Of a stretch of DNA of 35,979 nt, positions 35,022 through 35,979 are shown in pieces. The translations under genes were made by a program, and so were the position numbers. Numbering within the stretch: position 1 is the stretch's first letter; every line of letters starts with the position of its first letter. The notes beneath the pieces are model-generated. The model had not been told where the DNA came from, did not search any database, and worked only from the letters and a program-made list of their open reading frames with translations. Origin of the DNA: a bacterium (lineage in GTDB: Bacteria > Zhuqueibacterota > Zhuqueibacteria > Zhuqueibacterales > Zhuqueibacteraceae); NCBI GenBank assembly GCA_044869275.1, contig JBIOXB010000089.1, positions 1 through 35,979 on the forward strand, written 5' to 3'.

Positions 35022-35978
35022 TTACTTGGCCGGGGTATTCTCATGGCGGCGATATTTGACGAGGCGGACACTATTTCCCTTCCGGTTGAAATGCACTTCA
35101 TCCATGAGGCGGAACATCATGTAAATGCCACGGCCGCGGGGCTTGAACAGATTTTCGGGCGCAGTGGGGTCGGGCAGGTGGCGGTGGTCGAAGCCTTTGC
35201 CGCCGTCAGTGATCTTGATCTCGCCGCGGCGGTCGTCGATTTTGGCTTCTACGCTCACGCGCAAACCGGCATTGAAGCCGTGGCCGTGCTCCATGGCATT
35301 GGTCAGTGCTTCCACCAGCGCGACTTTGAGGTTCAATTCTTCCAGCGTGATGATGCCGCAGCGCACCAGCAGCTCGATCAATTGATTGGCGGCGCCAGTG
35401 ACAAAATCCAGGCTGCTGGGAACTTCGAAGCGCACGGTTTGCTTCAAGCCGGGAAACATGCGCACGGCCGCGCCGGCGTCCGGGTGAAACACCAGAATCT
35501 TGCGCAAGGCGCTGATTGCCTGGCGCGGCGGGCAAGGCATGGGCAAAACGTGCAAGGCGCCGGCGTTGAGCGCGCCAATGGCCTCGTTCATGCGCTTTTT
35601 TTCGGCCAAAACCACGATGGGCAAAAATGGAAAACGGTTGCGCGCCACCGCTACCATCTGCACCGAGGGCATATCCGGCGCCGGCACTTCCAGCAACAGC
35701 ACGTCGCAATAACGCTGCTGCAGCTGGTCCAGCGCTTCTTGCGCCGAATCGGCGACGTTGACTTCCATGCCGCTTTCGCGCAGGCCTTGCACCAGCTCGT
35801 TGCTGTGCTCGAGCTGGCCATTGACCAAGAGCACGTGCGGCGTGTAGATGTCGTTTTTGATCATATGGACGCGGCCAATGTCGATCTCAAAGGCTTCACG
35901 GAAAATTTCTATCGCAAGACCTGTCTCGCGCATCTCGAGCCGGTACTGCAGACTCTGCTGGCGCTCAAGCAGCGTGGC
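35022..35978 (-). CDS. Pseudo-receiver + RsbW/SpoIIAB-like HATPase (anti-sigma kinase) protein, 5'-partial
   Basis: EALTNAMEHG (N box), ITDGGKGFD (G1), RGRGIYMM (G2) and MDEVHFN..GN, preceded by a receiver fold. The frame stays open to the window end (ATLLERQQSLQYRLEMRE...). Confidence 0.85.
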   Translation of the reverse strand, partial: ATLLERQQSLQYRLEMRETGLAIEIFREAFEIDIGRVHMIKNDIYTPHVLLVNGQLEHSNELVQGLRESGMEVNVADSAQEALDQLQQRYCDVLLLEVPAPDMPSVQMVAVARNRFPFLPIVVLAEKKRMNEAIGALNAGALHVLPMPCPPRQAISALRKILVFHPDAGAAVRMFPGLKQTVRFEVPSSLDFVTGAANQLIELLVRCGIITLEELNLKVALVEALTNAMEHGHGFNAGLRVSVEAKIDDRRGEIKITDGGKGFDHRHLPDPTAPENLFKPRGRGIYMMFRLMDEVHFNRKGNSVRLVKYRRHENTPAK

Positions 35979-35979
35979 A

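Overview
Gene-dense, GC-rich bacterial DNA with no rRNA, tRNA, CRISPR array or transposase that I can recognise. Three proteins end in T9SS/FlgD-type sorting domains and there is a PorV/PorP-like barrel. Together these suggest an FCB-group lineage such as KSB1 or Calditrichota (inference). The + strand from 1 to 13.9 kb encodes an S8 protease, patatin, a PTS IIA protein, an AUR1-like PAP2 membrane enzyme, FabH, LarC and a beta-lactamase-fold hydrolase. It then carries a four-gene glycan-tailoring cassette (GLCE-like C5-epimerase, deacetylase, N-formyltransferase, NDP-sugar epimerase) and a secreted esterase. Next come a VIT-vWA protein fused to an AgmX/PglI (TonB-C-like) domain, transcribed divergently from a CBM9/DUF5916 outer-membrane protein. 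The - strand then encodes an M14 peptidase, a cyclase-STAND ATPase-TPR protein and a PQQ-propeller pseudogene. These are followed by a three-gene module (DUF11 repeat protein with sorting tail, PorP/PorV-like barrel, tandem OmpA-like protein), PepD and a pseudo-receiver/RsbW-like kinase cut by the window edge. The best candidates for under-described systems are the secreted cargo/barrel/peptidoglycan-anchor trio and the glycan-tailoring cassette. Two pseudogenes and several families of intergenic hairpin repeats are visible directly in the sequence. All family calls come from motif recognition, not database searches.
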